Counted from the first letter of the stretch, positions 1 through 15,009 are shown. The stretch is DNA of 64,000 nucleotides from Candidatus Kapaibacterium sp. (GCA_026003495.1 BPHK01000001.1:940579-1004578); one strand, 5' to 3'. The notes: a model not told the origin generated them from the sequence alone. Program-made: numbers and translations.

Positions 1-1131
1 GCTGATGTTCGCGGGGATGCCGTGGACGCTGAGCAGCTCGCGGAAGAGATCTGCGTAGCGCTCGGGGTCACGCATTGCGATACAGATTTGGTGCGGCTTA
101 TAGCCGAGGATGACCAGGCAGTGCTTGGTGTACTTGGCAATGAGCGTGACTTCCTCCAGCCGGTTCATGCAGCCGATCGTCGTAATGCATGCATTGAACT
201 CTGGGTTGCGGATTTCCTTCTCGGTGTTGAATAGCCACCGCCGCAGGTATGCAGCACGCGGTCGGAGCCAGCGTGGCTGCTCTTCTGGTTCGGGGTCGAA
301 TCGTCGTGCGGTATATCCGAGCGCCGTCAGTGTAGCGAGCGTTTGCTGGAGATTCCCAAAGAGCGGGCCGTTGACCTCCGAGTATGCAAGTACGATGCAA
401 ACGGTAATGTTACTCGTTGCTAGTGCTCCGAGCATTCGAAGTTCCGGCACGCGGAACTCCGAAAACCCTTCGATGAGAATTGGGGGGAAATCAACGTGGC
501 ACTGCCCTGTCAGTAATGCATCGCCAACACGTTCGTACACGGTGGTGTCGTCGCGATAGCGACCCTGGAGCAAGGCGAGGTACTGCTCGTAGATGGCGAG
601 CACATCGGCAAGACGGGCGCGGTCAATGGCGAATGGCTCGGATTCGGTTTCCAGATCGCGACGTAGATCGGCGGGGAGGATGCCATCCTCCCGCAGTCCG
701 CTGATGACCTCAGCAAGACGCTCGATGATGCTCCAACTCGGCGTTCCGGTTGGTGCGTAGAAGGGAAGCTTGCCATCACGGGCAAGCGTGCTGATAGCCT
801 GCTCGAAGAGGGCAAGCCGCATTCCGTCGCTCAGCGGCAGTGTCGTATCATCGGGGAAGAGCAGTCCGTAGAGTGCCGCACCGAGCCGGGCAAGGTTGTA
901 TACGTGAAAGCCGATGAGCGGACGTCCCGTCCGCCGAGCAACGCGCCGAGTAATTTCGCGAAGTAGCCACCGCACCCTACGTCCTGTCGGGACCACGTAG
1001 CAAATCCGACTGTGGGGTCCAGCCGAGAGCGCCGATTCGAGAAAGCTGAGACTATCGAAGCCATCGGCGCTCATCGCAGAAGCGACGCGATCGGCGAACG
1101 TGTCGGCAGCTCTATTGGCAAGCAGATACAT
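1..1131 (-). CDS. PD-(D/E)XK nuclease family protein (AddB/RecB-like inactivated-helicase N-terminus), C-terminal part cut by window edge
   Basis: Manual translation of the minus strand (codon low-coordinate = 1 mod 3) is stop-free from position 1 up to the in-frame TGA at 1183-1185; the first ATG is at 1129-1131. The protein begins MYLLANRAADTF...ICYVVPTGRRVRWLLREI...RPLIGFHVYNLARL and continues ...DALLTGQCHVDFPPILIEGFSEFRVPELRMLGALATSNITVCIVLAYSEVNGPLFGNLQQ...FNTEKEIRNPEFNACITTIGCMNRLEEVTLIAKYTKHCLVILGYKPHQ. It is missing from the ORF track because there is no stop inside the window. The N-terminal pattern resembles Bacteroidota PD-(D/E)XK nuclease family proteins. Confidence 0.4.
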   Translation of the reverse strand, partial: MYLLANRAADTFADRVASAMSADGFDSLSFLESALSAGPHSRICYVVPTGRRVRWLLREITRRVARRTGRPLIGFHVYNLARLGAALYGLLFPDDTTLPLSDGMRLALFEQAISTLARDGKLPFYAPTGTPSWSIIERLAEVISGLREDGILPADLRRDLETESEPFAIDRARLADVLAIYEQYLALLQGRYRDDTTVYERVGDALLTGQCHVDFPPILIEGFSEFRVPELRMLGALATSNITVCIVLAYSEVNGPLFGNLQQTLATLTALGYTARRFDPEPEEQPRWLRPRAAYLRRWLFNTEKEIRNPEFNACITTIGCMNRLEEVTLIAKYTKHCLVILGYKPHQICIAMRDPERYADLFRELLSVHGIPANIS

Positions 1132-1178
1132 CGCCCGGGTGCAGTGGTGTTGGTTGTGCCAAATTACACGCGGAGACG

Positions 1179-1769
1179 ATGTTCACAGGTCTTATCGAGG
1201 AGGTCGGTGTCCTTCGGAGTGTACGCTACTCCGACGGCGGACGCGAGCTGACGATTGGAGCAAGCCGAGTGCTGGATGACTTAGCCGTCGGTGATTCAAT
1301 CGCGGTGCAGGGTGTGTGCCTGACCGTCACAGAACGTGGAGAGGACTGGTTTTGCGTCCGCGCAGTCGAAGAGACGCTCCGGAAGACAACGCTCGGCTCT
1401 TTCGAGGAGAAGGCACACGTCAATTTGGAACGCGCGCTGCTGCCGACACGGCGTCTTGGTGGGCATATTGTCCAAGGGCACGTCGAAACAGTAGGGTGCA
1501 TCGCAGCATTAGAGCCGCTGCAGTCGAGTTGGGAACTCTGGGTCGAGTGTCCGAAGGAATACATGCGCTACGTTGTCCCGCTCGGTTCGATTGCACTCGA
1601 TGGAATCAGTTTGACCGTTGCCCGAATCCAGGCGGAGCAATTTATGGTTGCTATCATTCCCCACACGTGGGAGCAAACAACGCTTCGCTTTCGGCGCGTT
1701 GGCGATGGCGTCAATCTCGAATTCGACATCCTGGCAAAGTACGTCGAGCGACTTCTCCAGTGGCGGTGA
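1179..1769 (+). CDS. ribE: riboflavin synthase alpha subunit
   Basis: 196 aa starting MFTGLIEEVG, the canonical riboflavin synthase N-terminus; two repeated half-domains. Confidence 0.9.
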   Translation: MFTGLIEEVGVLRSVRYSDGGRELTIGASRVLDDLAVGDSIAVQGVCLTVTERGEDWFCVRAVEETLRKTTLGSFEEKAHVNLERALLPTRRLGGHIVQGHVETVGCIAALEPLQSSWELWVECPKEYMRYVVPLGSIALDGISLTVARIQAEQFMVAIIPHTWEQTTLRFRRVGDGVNLEFDILAKYVERLLQWR

Positions 1770-1839
1770 GCAGAATGTGATAGGCGCTGCTGGTGGCTGC
1801 CGCAAGCAAGTGTAGCGATTGCTGCATTGCGCCTGCGGT

Positions 1840-3492
1840 CTATTTGCCAATGATGATGACAGTGCGTTCGTGGAGTGTTTCGCTCGAGAGGGCGCTTGTA
1901 GCCTCCAGCAACAACACGTAAGCGCCAGCACCGACAGCAAATCCCGCATCGTTCCGTCCATCCCAGAGCAGCGCGCCCTCCGCACCTGAGTACATACCAT
2001 TGGCAAGCTGGCGAACAGGGAGCCCAGCAGCATCGAACACCCGTAGTGTGACGCGCGCGCTCTGCCATGGAAGCCGAAACGTGATTGTAGTCTGCTGCAG
2101 CCGAGGATCGGTACTGTGCGGCGAAAATGGATTTGGCGCTGCGCTCAGTTGGAGCAGTGATTGCTCTTGCGGGAGGATGCTATTGGGTGCCGCCGGCGTT
2201 CCGCCACGCTCCGAGGTTGAACTCGACCACGAGAGCCGATCAGCGCTCGGAAGCGAGGGCATCAGTTTTTCGAGCGACCGACCTTTTGTGTCTTTGAGTC
2301 CCCAGAAATGCCACGATGGTGTATAGCGCACAGAATCAATCACGCTGCCATCGGGATTAGCAAGCACAACAAGATCGCCACTGTTGCCAAGCGACCAAGA
2401 CACTCGCAGAACAACACACTGTGAGCGTTCACGAAGCTCTGGGAACGTCGTCCAAATCCCAGTGTCCAGCGCAACCACAGCATAGCCACCTGGCGGTATC
2501 GGAATGGATGGAAGCACCGACTGCGGAGGAACTTGGTCGCCGAGCAGAAGCCCGCCGAGCAAGAGAGTATCTGAGCTGGGGTTGGCAAGCTCAACGAACT
2601 CACTTTTCCCATCGAGCGGATCGTACATCAACTCGTTGATGACAAGCTGCTGCAGGCTCAGCGGCTGGAAGAACGTTGCGATTGCAGTGTCGTTCCACTT
2701 GCGTTGGTCATCTGCCAATGCGATTGCTTGGAGGAGGAATTCTCCAACGCCAAGCCCTGGAGTTAGTCCAACCTCGGTAAGCCCAAACGTGCGAGCAGAA
2801 GTCGCTGCTGGGGGTAGATACTCGATCGTCACTTGTCCGAGTTCATGCCAGCTTTCGCCTGTCGGCCGCCGAATGCGGAAGGCAATAGGAAGCTGCTCGA
2901 AAGTTGTTTTTCCGCGATTGGCTAGCTCGATTGTCAACGCCCGCCCTGCGTCCACGCGAAGGGAGCGCAGCTGGACGTCTCGTTCCACCAGGCTGAGCGA
3001 ATTATCGTACCCACACGTTGCCGAGTCCGGAGCAATGCAGGCGCCGATGTTGTCACGCAGGTATCCTGGGCGGAGTGGGTCGATGCGTTCCAGCGTGCGA
3101 CCGCGGATCCCCCACCGCATGTCATAATAGACCGAGTCGAGCACGACCGTATCTCGCGTCGCCAGAAAGATGCTCTCGGTGGTGTTGTTGAGCGTAGGGA
3201 GGGCAACCTGGTAGAGTCGAGCAATGGCTGGAATGCGGCGGAGGAGCTTGAGATCGTCTGTGTCACGGGTAAGTATAGCAAAACCATGCGCTGGCACAAC
3301 AACAGCGCTAAGACTTGCGCGAGAAGTACGGTCGTAGATGTAGAGGTTCGTTAGTGCAACGTCAGTATCCGATGGATTGTAGAGCTCGACCCATTCCGGC
3401 TCGCCAGTTGGCGGCACTGGCTGCAGTTCATTGATGACTACCTGTGCCGACAGCGTCGTCGCAAGACCTGCGATGAGCAACAGCCGCAGCAT
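1840..3492 (-). CDS. secreted lamin-tail-domain (LTD) protein with C-terminal T9SS sorting domain
   Basis: 550 aa with an N-terminal signal peptide (MLRLLLIAGLATTLSAQ). Two LTD-type motifs (VINELQPVPPTGEPEWVELYNPSDTDVAL; LVINELMYDPLDGKSEFVELANPSSDTLLL). The C-terminal about 80 aa (FRLPWQSARVTLRVFDAAGLPVRQLANGMYSG...VLLLEATSALSSETLHERTVIIIGK) resemble a Por/T9SS C-terminal domain. Confidence 0.7.
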   Translation of the reverse strand: MLRLLLIAGLATTLSAQVVINELQPVPPTGEPEWVELYNPSDTDVALTNLYIYDRTSRASLSAVVVPAHGFAILTRDTDDLKLLRRIPAIARLYQVALPTLNNTTESIFLATRDTVVLDSVYYDMRWGIRGRTLERIDPLRPGYLRDNIGACIAPDSATCGYDNSLSLVERDVQLRSLRVDAGRALTIELANRGKTTFEQLPIAFRIRRPTGESWHELGQVTIEYLPPAATSARTFGLTEVGLTPGLGVGEFLLQAIALADDQRKWNDTAIATFFQPLSLQQLVINELMYDPLDGKSEFVELANPSSDTLLLGGLLLGDQVPPQSVLPSIPIPPGGYAVVALDTGIWTTFPELRERSQCVVLRVSWSLGNSGDLVVLANPDGSVIDSVRYTPSWHFWGLKDTKGRSLEKLMPSLPSADRLSWSSSTSERGGTPAAPNSILPQEQSLLQLSAAPNPFSPHSTDPRLQQTTITFRLPWQSARVTLRVFDAAGLPVRQLANGMYSGAEGALLWDGRNDAGFAVGAGAYVLLLEATSALSSETLHERTVIIIGK

Positions 3493-3501
3493 TGCTTACC
3501 G

Positions 3502-3999
3502 CTATGACTGAGAATTCTCCAACATTTTGCCAGCGATTTCTCCAAGCCAGTACGCATCGTCCTCCGAAAATCGCCCGACCGAGGGCGAGTCAAGATCGAG
3601 CACGCCAACGAGTGAATCGCCCTCGAGGAGCGGTATGACGATTTCCGAGCGTGATGCAGGATCGCATGCGATGTGATCGGGTTCGCTGGTGACGTCTCTG
3701 ACGATGACCGTCTGCCGCAGTGCAGCCGCGCGCCCGCAGATGCCGCGACCGATTGGAATTTCAACACATGCTGGCTTGCCCTGGAACGGCCCGACGATGA
3801 GCCGCTCGCCAACGAGGCGGTAGAAGCCACACCAATTGAGCGCTGGAAGGCTATGGTAGAGCAAACTCGCAAGATTTGCCATTGCGGCGATGCGCTCTGT
3901 ACCGGGCGGTATGAGCGCATCAGCTGCTGCGAGGAGAGCTCGATAGCGCTCGTGGGGCGAGAGCTCTGCGCTCTCAACGATTAGCGCTGCTTCGTGCAT
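3502..3999 (-). CDS. GAF domain protein (free methionine-(R)-sulfoxide reductase-like)
   Basis: ORF 3502..4146 trimmed to the internal ATG (MHEAALIVESAEL...) so it does not run into ligA at 4085; about 166 aa, the size of a single GAF protein of the YebR/MsrC type. Confidence 0.65.
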   Translation of the reverse strand: MHEAALIVESAELSPHERYRALLAAADALIPPGTERIAAMANLASLLYHSLPALNWCGFYRLVGERLIVGPFQGKPACVEIPIGRGICGRAAALRQTVIVRDVTSEPDHIACDPASRSEIVIPLLEGDSLVGVLDLDSPSVGRFSEDDAYWLGEIAGKMLENSQS

Positions 4000-4054
4000 T
4001 CGGAGGTCTCCGCGGTGTGGAACTACCACAAAAGTAGTGCTGAGCCAAGTGTAA

Positions 4055-9171
<5,117 letters not shown>

Positions 9172-9233
9172 GGGGAACTTTGGCACTTGCCCTGTGAGTT
9201 TGGGTTCCATCACGTCAGAATGGATCCTAGACG

Positions 9234-10235
9234 ATGCCAACTCACAGCTGGACGTTCGAGCAGTGGAAAGGCTTCGAAGCCAATACCCGCAATGCATTGA
9301 GCTGCTGTTCTACCGATGAACATGCCAGGCGCATTCTCTCTGATGCTGCCTGGCGGGTGCTTCGGAACTACAGCACGAGTTTTTTCATCGTGACCCGCTT
9401 TTTACCCTACGCCAAGCGGCGCGATGTCGAGCTGATCTATGCTGCTGTGCGCTATCCTGATGAAATTGTTGACACCTTTCCACTGGCGGCTGATCAGAAA
9501 CGCGCACTCTTGCAGCAGTGGCGCAACGACTACCATCGTGCACTTCAAGCTGACTCCCTTGTCGAGAGTATTCGCCGGGGTTCAAGTCCCTTCGCGGCGG
9601 GATTCGCCGATGTCGCACGGCGCTACAGCATTCCTCCGGAGCACTATGATGCATTCCTCGATGCAATGAATTTCGACATTGCCCCAGAACCATTTGCAAC
9701 ATTTGATGAGCTGATCGAGTGCTACGTCTATGGCAGTGCGATTGTGGTCGGCTACTTTTTGGCGTATGTGTACGGTACAGCGCCAGGTCACTCGCTCGAG
9801 GAAGCTCTCGCGAGTGCACGGTCGTTGGGTATTGCGCTCCAGCTGACAAATTTTCTCCGCGACATCTACGAAGATGACCTGCGCAGTCGGTGTTACGTCC
9901 CAGAGGAGCTTTTCCGCAACGTCGGAATCAGCTACCGCGAGTTTCTCAGAGGCATCAATCAACCAGCGACACAGCAAATCGTCCGTGAATATGCTCGTGT
10001 CGCGTGGGACTACTATCGCCAAGCCGAGGGAACACTTGATGCGTTCGATCCACGGTGTGTTTCCGCCATCAAGGCGTGTATCGCTGTCTATGGGGAGCTG
10101 ACGGCAATGCTCGAGCGACAATGCGATGTGCAGCGTCGTGCGAGTGTCCCCTGGTGGCGCAAGTTCGCTTGCCTGCCGCCAACGAAGTATTGGATTGTGC
10201 CGGTGAGTTTGGTCACTCCAGAGTATCGCCCATGA
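9234..10235 (+). CDS. crtB: phytoene synthase (squalene/phytoene synthase family)
   Basis: 333 aa; SkSF-like and Asp-rich regions typical of CrtB (RNYSTSFFIVTRFLPYAKRRDVELIYAAVRYPDEIVD; LQLTNFLRDIYEDD). Confidence 0.85.
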   Translation: MPTHSWTFEQWKGFEANTRNALSCCSTDEHARRILSDAAWRVLRNYSTSFFIVTRFLPYAKRRDVELIYAAVRYPDEIVDTFPLAADQKRALLQQWRNDYHRALQADSLVESIRRGSSPFAAGFADVARRYSIPPEHYDAFLDAMNFDIAPEPFATFDELIECYVYGSAIVVGYFLAYVYGTAPGHSLEEALASARSLGIALQLTNFLRDIYEDDLRSRCYVPEELFRNVGISYREFLRGINQPATQQIVREYARVAWDYYRQAEGTLDAFDPRCVSAIKACIAVYGELTAMLERQCDVQRRASVPWWRKFACLPPTKYWIVPVSLVTPEYRP

Positions 10236-11698
10236 GTCATCCAGTCGTGGTCATTGGAGCTGGGCTTGGCGGGCTGAGTGCTGCAATCCATCTGCGCATG
10301 CGAGGATTCGATGTGATGGTGCTCGAGAAAAATTCACAGCCAGGCGGACGTGCAAACCGCATTGACGATCGCGGGTACTTGTTCGATACAGGGCCGTCGC
10401 TGATCAATTATCCGTGGGTGTTCGAACAGCTCTTTGCTGCCAGTGGTGCAACGATGGGTGAGTATGTTAGGCTGATGCCTGTTGAGCCATCGGTGAAATT
10501 TTACTGGCGTGAGGGGAAGACTCTCTGTCTTAGTTCGCGATTCGATGGACTGGCTGAAGAATTTTCCAACTTCGAGAAGGCGGCCGATGTCAAGATTGCT
10601 CGGTTCATTCACGACACAGCACATCGCTTTCGAGTAGTCTTCGATCATCTTGTCACTCGGAATGCATCGTCGGTTGCTTCATGGATTGCGCCAGTGCCGA
10701 AGCGTGAACTTTTTCGACTAGGATTGTTCACTACGCTCGACCGCCAACTCAAGCGGTACTTCCGCTCCGAAAGAATCCGAGCCGCACTCGGATCGTATGC
10801 GATGTACCTCGGTGGATCGCCATACGAATTGCCAGGGACGTTTTCGATCCTTCCGTTCGGTGAGCTTTATTACGGACTGTGGTACCCTCGTGGTGGGATC
10901 TATTCGCTCGTGCGTGCAATTGAACAGCGTGCCAGAGAAATCGGCGTGGAACTGCGGTATAATGCACCAGTTTCGGCAATCACCACGCGAGGCACTCGCG
11001 TTCACGGTGTGCAGGTCGCCACTGGGGAATTCGTGCGGGCTGACGTTGTTGTCTCGAACGTTGATGTACCGACGACGTACCAGCTCCTTGGCAGAAATCC
11101 ATCGAGCCGTTCCTGGCCGATGACCCCAGGCGTCATTACGTTCTACTGGGGTATTTCTGCCGATGTGCCTCAGTTGCACCATCACTGCATTTTCTTGCCA
11201 TCGAACGTGCGGCAAGCCTATAAGCAGCTCAAGGAGCGCATCCCGGATGATCTGCCATTCTACACATGTCTTCCATCGCGGAGTGACCCGGCAGTTGCTC
11301 CCGAAGGAAAGCACACGCTCTTTGTCCTTGTTCCAACCCCTACCCTCTCACAGGCTGGTGAGAGCTTCGATTGGGATCGTGCAGTGTCTTTGGCAAGGGA
11401 GCAAGTGCTGGCACGGCTCCATCACCATGGTGTTGCGCTATCTGCCTCCTCGATCGAAGTCGAGCATGTCTGGACGCCGCGGGACTGGTCGCAGCGATTT
11501 GGACTGTACGATGGCTCAGCATTCGGCCTTTCGCATACGCTGATGCATATGGGACCACTTCGCCCGAGCAACCGAGACCCCCAAATTGCTGGGCTTTACT
11601 ACGTGGGCGCAAGCACTACACCTGGCACTGGACTGCCGATGGTTGTCCTCAGTGGTCGCATGACTGCCGAGCGTATCTGGAATGATACACGCCGTTGA
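10232..11698 (+). CDS. crtI: phytoene desaturase
   Basis: ORF 10055..11698 trimmed to MSHPVVVIGAGLGGLSAAIHL (FAD-binding GxGxxG); the ATG overlaps the crtB stop (ATGA); about 488 aa, CrtI-family length. Confidence 0.85.
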   Translation: MSHPVVVIGAGLGGLSAAIHLRMRGFDVMVLEKNSQPGGRANRIDDRGYLFDTGPSLINYPWVFEQLFAASGATMGEYVRLMPVEPSVKFYWREGKTLCLSSRFDGLAEEFSNFEKAADVKIARFIHDTAHRFRVVFDHLVTRNASSVASWIAPVPKRELFRLGLFTTLDRQLKRYFRSERIRAALGSYAMYLGGSPYELPGTFSILPFGELYYGLWYPRGGIYSLVRAIEQRAREIGVELRYNAPVSAITTRGTRVHGVQVATGEFVRADVVVSNVDVPTTYQLLGRNPSSRSWPMTPGVITFYWGISADVPQLHHHCIFLPSNVRQAYKQLKERIPDDLPFYTCLPSRSDPAVAPEGKHTLFVLVPTPTLSQAGESFDWDRAVSLAREQVLARLHHHGVALSASSIEVEHVWTPRDWSQRFGLYDGSAFGLSHTLMHMGPLRPSNRDPQIAGLYYVGASTTPGTGLPMVVLSGRMTAERIWNDTRR

Positions 11699-12419
11699 GT
11701 TCGGTAGTGGTGATCGCGTTCTCGTCGCACTGCATGGCTGGGGTGGCGATCACCGGACGTTCAAACCATTGGAAGGGCATCTTCCCGAAGGGTGGAGGAT
11801 TGTTGCGCTGGACTTGCCAGGCTACGGCCAGTCGAAGCCGATCGAACCATTTTCGCTCGACGGTGTTGTGGCAGCAATTGTCTCGGTCATCATGCAATAT
11901 CCAGTACCAGTCGAACTCATTGGGTCCTGCAGTGGAGCGGCCCTTGGAATGGAAGTTGCACTCCGCATTCCCGAACGCATCAGGAGAATTATTGCGCTCG
12001 ATTTGTTCGCGTACATGCCGCTGTACTTCCGCTTCTTCACAATACCGATGGTAGGTTCGATCGGATACCGGCGTACGTTCCACTCTGCTCTTGGGCGTAC
12101 TGCACTCAATGCACTGCTCTGGTTCCGGCGGACTCGGCAATCGAATCTGATGGAATCGTTCGCAGATAAAAACCCCGAGGTAACGCTCAGCTACCTTGGT
12201 GCACTTGCAACGCTCGAAGGTCCGCAACGTTACGCGTCCTTGCCGATGCCTGTAGAGTTCGTGTACGGTGCACGGACTTTTCGAGCTGTTCGCCGGTCAG
12301 TGGAGCGATGGAAGGCAACTCTTCCTCGCTTGAGGGTACATCGGATTGAAGGTGCTGGCCACCTTGTGCTTGACGAAGCCCCGCAGGCGGTTGCAGCAAT
12401 CATTCGGGATGTGCGATGA
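11682..12419 (+). CDS. alpha/beta hydrolase fold protein embedded in the carotenoid operon
   Basis: 245 aa; HGWGGD oxyanion region and a nucleophile elbow IGSCSGAALG; the start overlaps crtI by 17 nt and the stop overlaps the GT2 start (ATGA). Confidence 0.7.
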   Translation: MIHAVEFGSGDRVLVALHGWGGDHRTFKPLEGHLPEGWRIVALDLPGYGQSKPIEPFSLDGVVAAIVSVIMQYPVPVELIGSCSGAALGMEVALRIPERIRRIIALDLFAYMPLYFRFFTIPMVGSIGYRRTFHSALGRTALNALLWFRRTRQSNLMESFADKNPEVTLSYLGALATLEGPQRYASLPMPVEFVYGARTFRAVRRSVERWKATLPRLRVHRIEGAGHLVLDEAPQAVAAIIRDVR

Positions 12420-13537
12420 TTGTGCCGATCATCGCTATAGGAGCAGTTGCGCTCGCGGTGGTTGCAGTGATCAACGCGCTTGTATTTCTGCGGCCGTCGC
12501 GCTCGGGCGACGGAAACAACGACGCAACTGTCAGCATCTTGATTCCGGCGCGAAATGAAGAGCAGAGAATCAATCTCTGCTTGGCGTATGCCAGTGCACA
12601 GAGTGCGCTCGTCAAGGAGATTTTGGTTTACGACGACCAATCGTGCGATGCAACGTGTGCAATCGTCGAGGAGTGGGAGAAAATTGATCGTCGCATACGG
12701 CTCATTCGTGGTGATACACTTCCGGCAGGCTGGCACGGCAAGCCCCATGCTTGCTACCGATTGGCGGAGAATGCAACAGGTACATGGCTTCTATTCATTG
12801 ACGCCGATGTTCGTTTGTGTTCCGGAGCAGTCGAGCGTCTTCTCGCAACAGTAGCGCAACATTCCTGCACACTGCTTTCAGCATGGCCTGCGATCGCGAT
12901 GAAATCGTTGGCAGAAACACTGCTCATGCCAGTGCTGAACTTTTACGTGTTTACGCTCTTTCCCTCGCCGCTTCAGCTTGTTTCGAATGCTCCACGCTAT
13001 GCACTCGCACATGGGGCATGTTTGCTTTGCCACCGTGATACGTACTGGGCGATCGGCGGGCACGCGGTGGTGCGCAACGAACTTTTCGAGGATACAGCGC
13101 TTGCCCGCCACTGGCGAGCAAGTGGTGAGCGCGCGCTTTGCTGCGATGGACAACAGATCTGCACCGTTCGGATGTACTCAGGAGTAAGGGAGATTTGGCG
13201 TGGCTTCGAGAAAAATTTCTATCCCGGTTTCCGGCGCAAATGGTTGTTTGTCTTTGTGATGGCAATCCACGTAGCAGTGTTCACGGTGCCATTTATCGGC
13301 TTGCTTGTGTCTCCGACTCTGCCGTTTGCTGTTGCCGCATCGAGCGTCTTGGTGGCGCGCGGAGCGTTAGCCTTGCGCTTTCGCCAGCCTTTCTGGCCGA
13401 GCGTCTTTCATCCGATTGCTGAGCTCTTTCTCATCGCACTTGGCATTAGCTCGTTTCTCCGTTGGCACAGTCGGCGCGGCGTCGAATGGAAAGGGCGCCG
13501 CTATCGCAGTTTCACAGTCGAGCAAGGTGCGCGATGA
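12416..13537 (+). CDS. family-2 glycosyltransferase, membrane-anchored (carotenoid glycosyltransferase CruC/CrtQ-like)
   Basis: 373 aa; N-terminal TM then GT2 core (ILIPARNEE...VYDDQSCD...FIDADV), followed by C-terminal TM helices; position inside the crt operon. Confidence 0.65.
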   Translation: MIVPIIAIGAVALAVVAVINALVFLRPSRSGDGNNDATVSILIPARNEEQRINLCLAYASAQSALVKEILVYDDQSCDATCAIVEEWEKIDRRIRLIRGDTLPAGWHGKPHACYRLAENATGTWLLFIDADVRLCSGAVERLLATVAQHSCTLLSAWPAIAMKSLAETLLMPVLNFYVFTLFPSPLQLVSNAPRYALAHGACLLCHRDTYWAIGGHAVVRNELFEDTALARHWRASGERALCCDGQQICTVRMYSGVREIWRGFEKNFYPGFRRKWLFVFVMAIHVAVFTVPFIGLLVSPTLPFAVAASSVLVARGALALRFRQPFWPSVFHPIAELFLIALGISSFLRWHSRRGVEWKGRRYRSFTVEQGAR

Positions 13538-15009
13538 AAAAGCTCATCGTTGTTGGAGCAGGGCTTGGAGGATTAGCGCTTGCGCTCCGTGCCGCAAGTG
13601 CGGGATGGAGCGTCCACGTCGTCGAGCGCTATCGCACTCCAGGTGGAAAGATGAATCGCCTGGTGCAGGATGGGTACACATTCGATACAGGACCTTCGCT
13701 CATCACGTTGCCGGAGATTTTCACTGGGCTTTTCGATGAATGCCACGTAGATCGCTCTGAGCTTAAGTTCCACCGGCTTCTGCCGTTGACACTCTATCGC
13801 TTCAGCGATGGTAGCTCGATTGCATATCCATCGTCGTTGGCAGACCTTGCACAAACGCTCGAGAAGTTCGAATCGGACAAAGGCCGAGGGTTTTGGCGAT
13901 TGATCTCCACTGGCGCCAAGTTGATGGAGCTTTCACGCCGAACGTTTTTTCGGACAACGCCGCGAGAGCTGCCGTCTGTATCTGAAGCTCTCCAAATGCT
14001 CTCGGCACTCCGCTGGATGCCGATTCGGAATGCGTGGGGGAACTACGCAAACGCTGTCGAGCGGAATCTAGCCAGCCACTACCTTCAGCGGATTTTTCTG
14101 CGCTATCCGACCTACGTCGGATCGTCGCCGTACCGCTGCCCCGCGACCTTGCTTGTGGTCCCATACTTGGAGTTCGCACTTGGTGGCTGGTATCCCGAGG
14201 GCGGACTCTATCGAATCGTTGAGCTGATCGTTGATGCACTTTGTGCTCGGGGCGCAATCATCAGTACAAGCACACACGTCCGGCGAATCCTTCACCGCAA
14301 TGGAAGAGTCTACGGCGTTGAGCTTGAGTGTGGCGATGTTCTCGAAGCTGACGTTGTTGCATTCAACGGTGACGCAACAGTTGCTCATCAACTGTTGGGT
14401 TCGGGTCAACCAGCGCTGAAACGTATCGAGCGATCAATGTCCGGAGTGGTGTTTCTGGTTGGGTTGAAGTCCAGGCTTCCAGAGGATGTTTTCCACCATA
14501 CGATTGCATTCTCGCACGACTATCGGAAGGAGTTTGCCGAGCTGTTCGACGAGCGCAAGTTTCCGACAGATCCGACGGTGTACCTGAATGTCACAAGTAA
14601 GACCGACCCTGCGACAGCACCACCGGGCGGGGAGACGCTGTTCATCATGGCAAATGCTCCGGCCATTGATGGTGCCAAGTGGCGTCATCTTGAGCCGATG
14701 CTGTGGGAGCGAATTTGTAGAACGCTCTCCCGTTGCGGGATCGAAATTCCCGAAAGTCAAATAGCTGTCCGTCTGGCGCTGACACCGGAGGATTTCGAAC
14801 AGCGCTACGCAATGCCCGGAGGCTCGATCTATGGCTGGGCATCCCACTCATATCGCACAGCATTTGTTCGGCCGCCACTTCGGGATCGGCGCATTCAAGG
14901 GCTTTACTACGTTGGTGGAAGCACACATCCCGGAGGCGGAACCCCGATGGTGCTGATTTCTGCAAAACTTGTCTTCAATCTGATGCAGCGTCATGAAGTA
15001 CATACGTAG
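13534..15009 (+). CDS. phytoene desaturase-family FAD oxidoreductase (CrtD-like 3,4-desaturase candidate)
   Basis: ORF 13462..15009 trimmed to MKKLIVVGAGLGGLALALRAA (ATGA overlap with GT2 stop); 491 aa of the CrtI/CrtD/CrtN family. Confidence 0.7.
   Translation: MKKLIVVGAGLGGLALALRAASAGWSVHVVERYRTPGGKMNRLVQDGYTFDTGPSLITLPEIFTGLFDECHVDRSELKFHRLLPLTLYRFSDGSSIAYPSSLADLAQTLEKFESDKGRGFWRLISTGAKLMELSRRTFFRTTPRELPSVSEALQMLSALRWMPIRNAWGNYANAVERNLASHYLQRIFLRYPTYVGSSPYRCPATLLVVPYLEFALGGWYPEGGLYRIVELIVDALCARGAIISTSTHVRRILHRNGRVYGVELECGDVLEADVVAFNGDATVAHQLLGSGQPALKRIERSMSGVVFLVGLKSRLPEDVFHHTIAFSHDYRKEFAELFDERKFPTDPTVYLNVTSKTDPATAPPGGETLFIMANAPAIDGAKWRHLEPMLWERICRTLSRCGIEIPESQIAVRLALTPEDFEQRYAMPGGSIYGWASHSYRTAFVRPPLRDRRIQGLYYVGGSTHPGGGTPMVLISAKLVFNLMQRHEVHT

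Noticed and set aside
98-1064. Track ORFs 98..400, 510..815 and 831..1064 on the minus strand
   Set aside because: Low-complexity Pro/Ser/Arg-rich translations. They lie inside, but out of frame with, the long stop-free frame that encodes a convincing protein, so they are high-GC alternative-frame artefacts.
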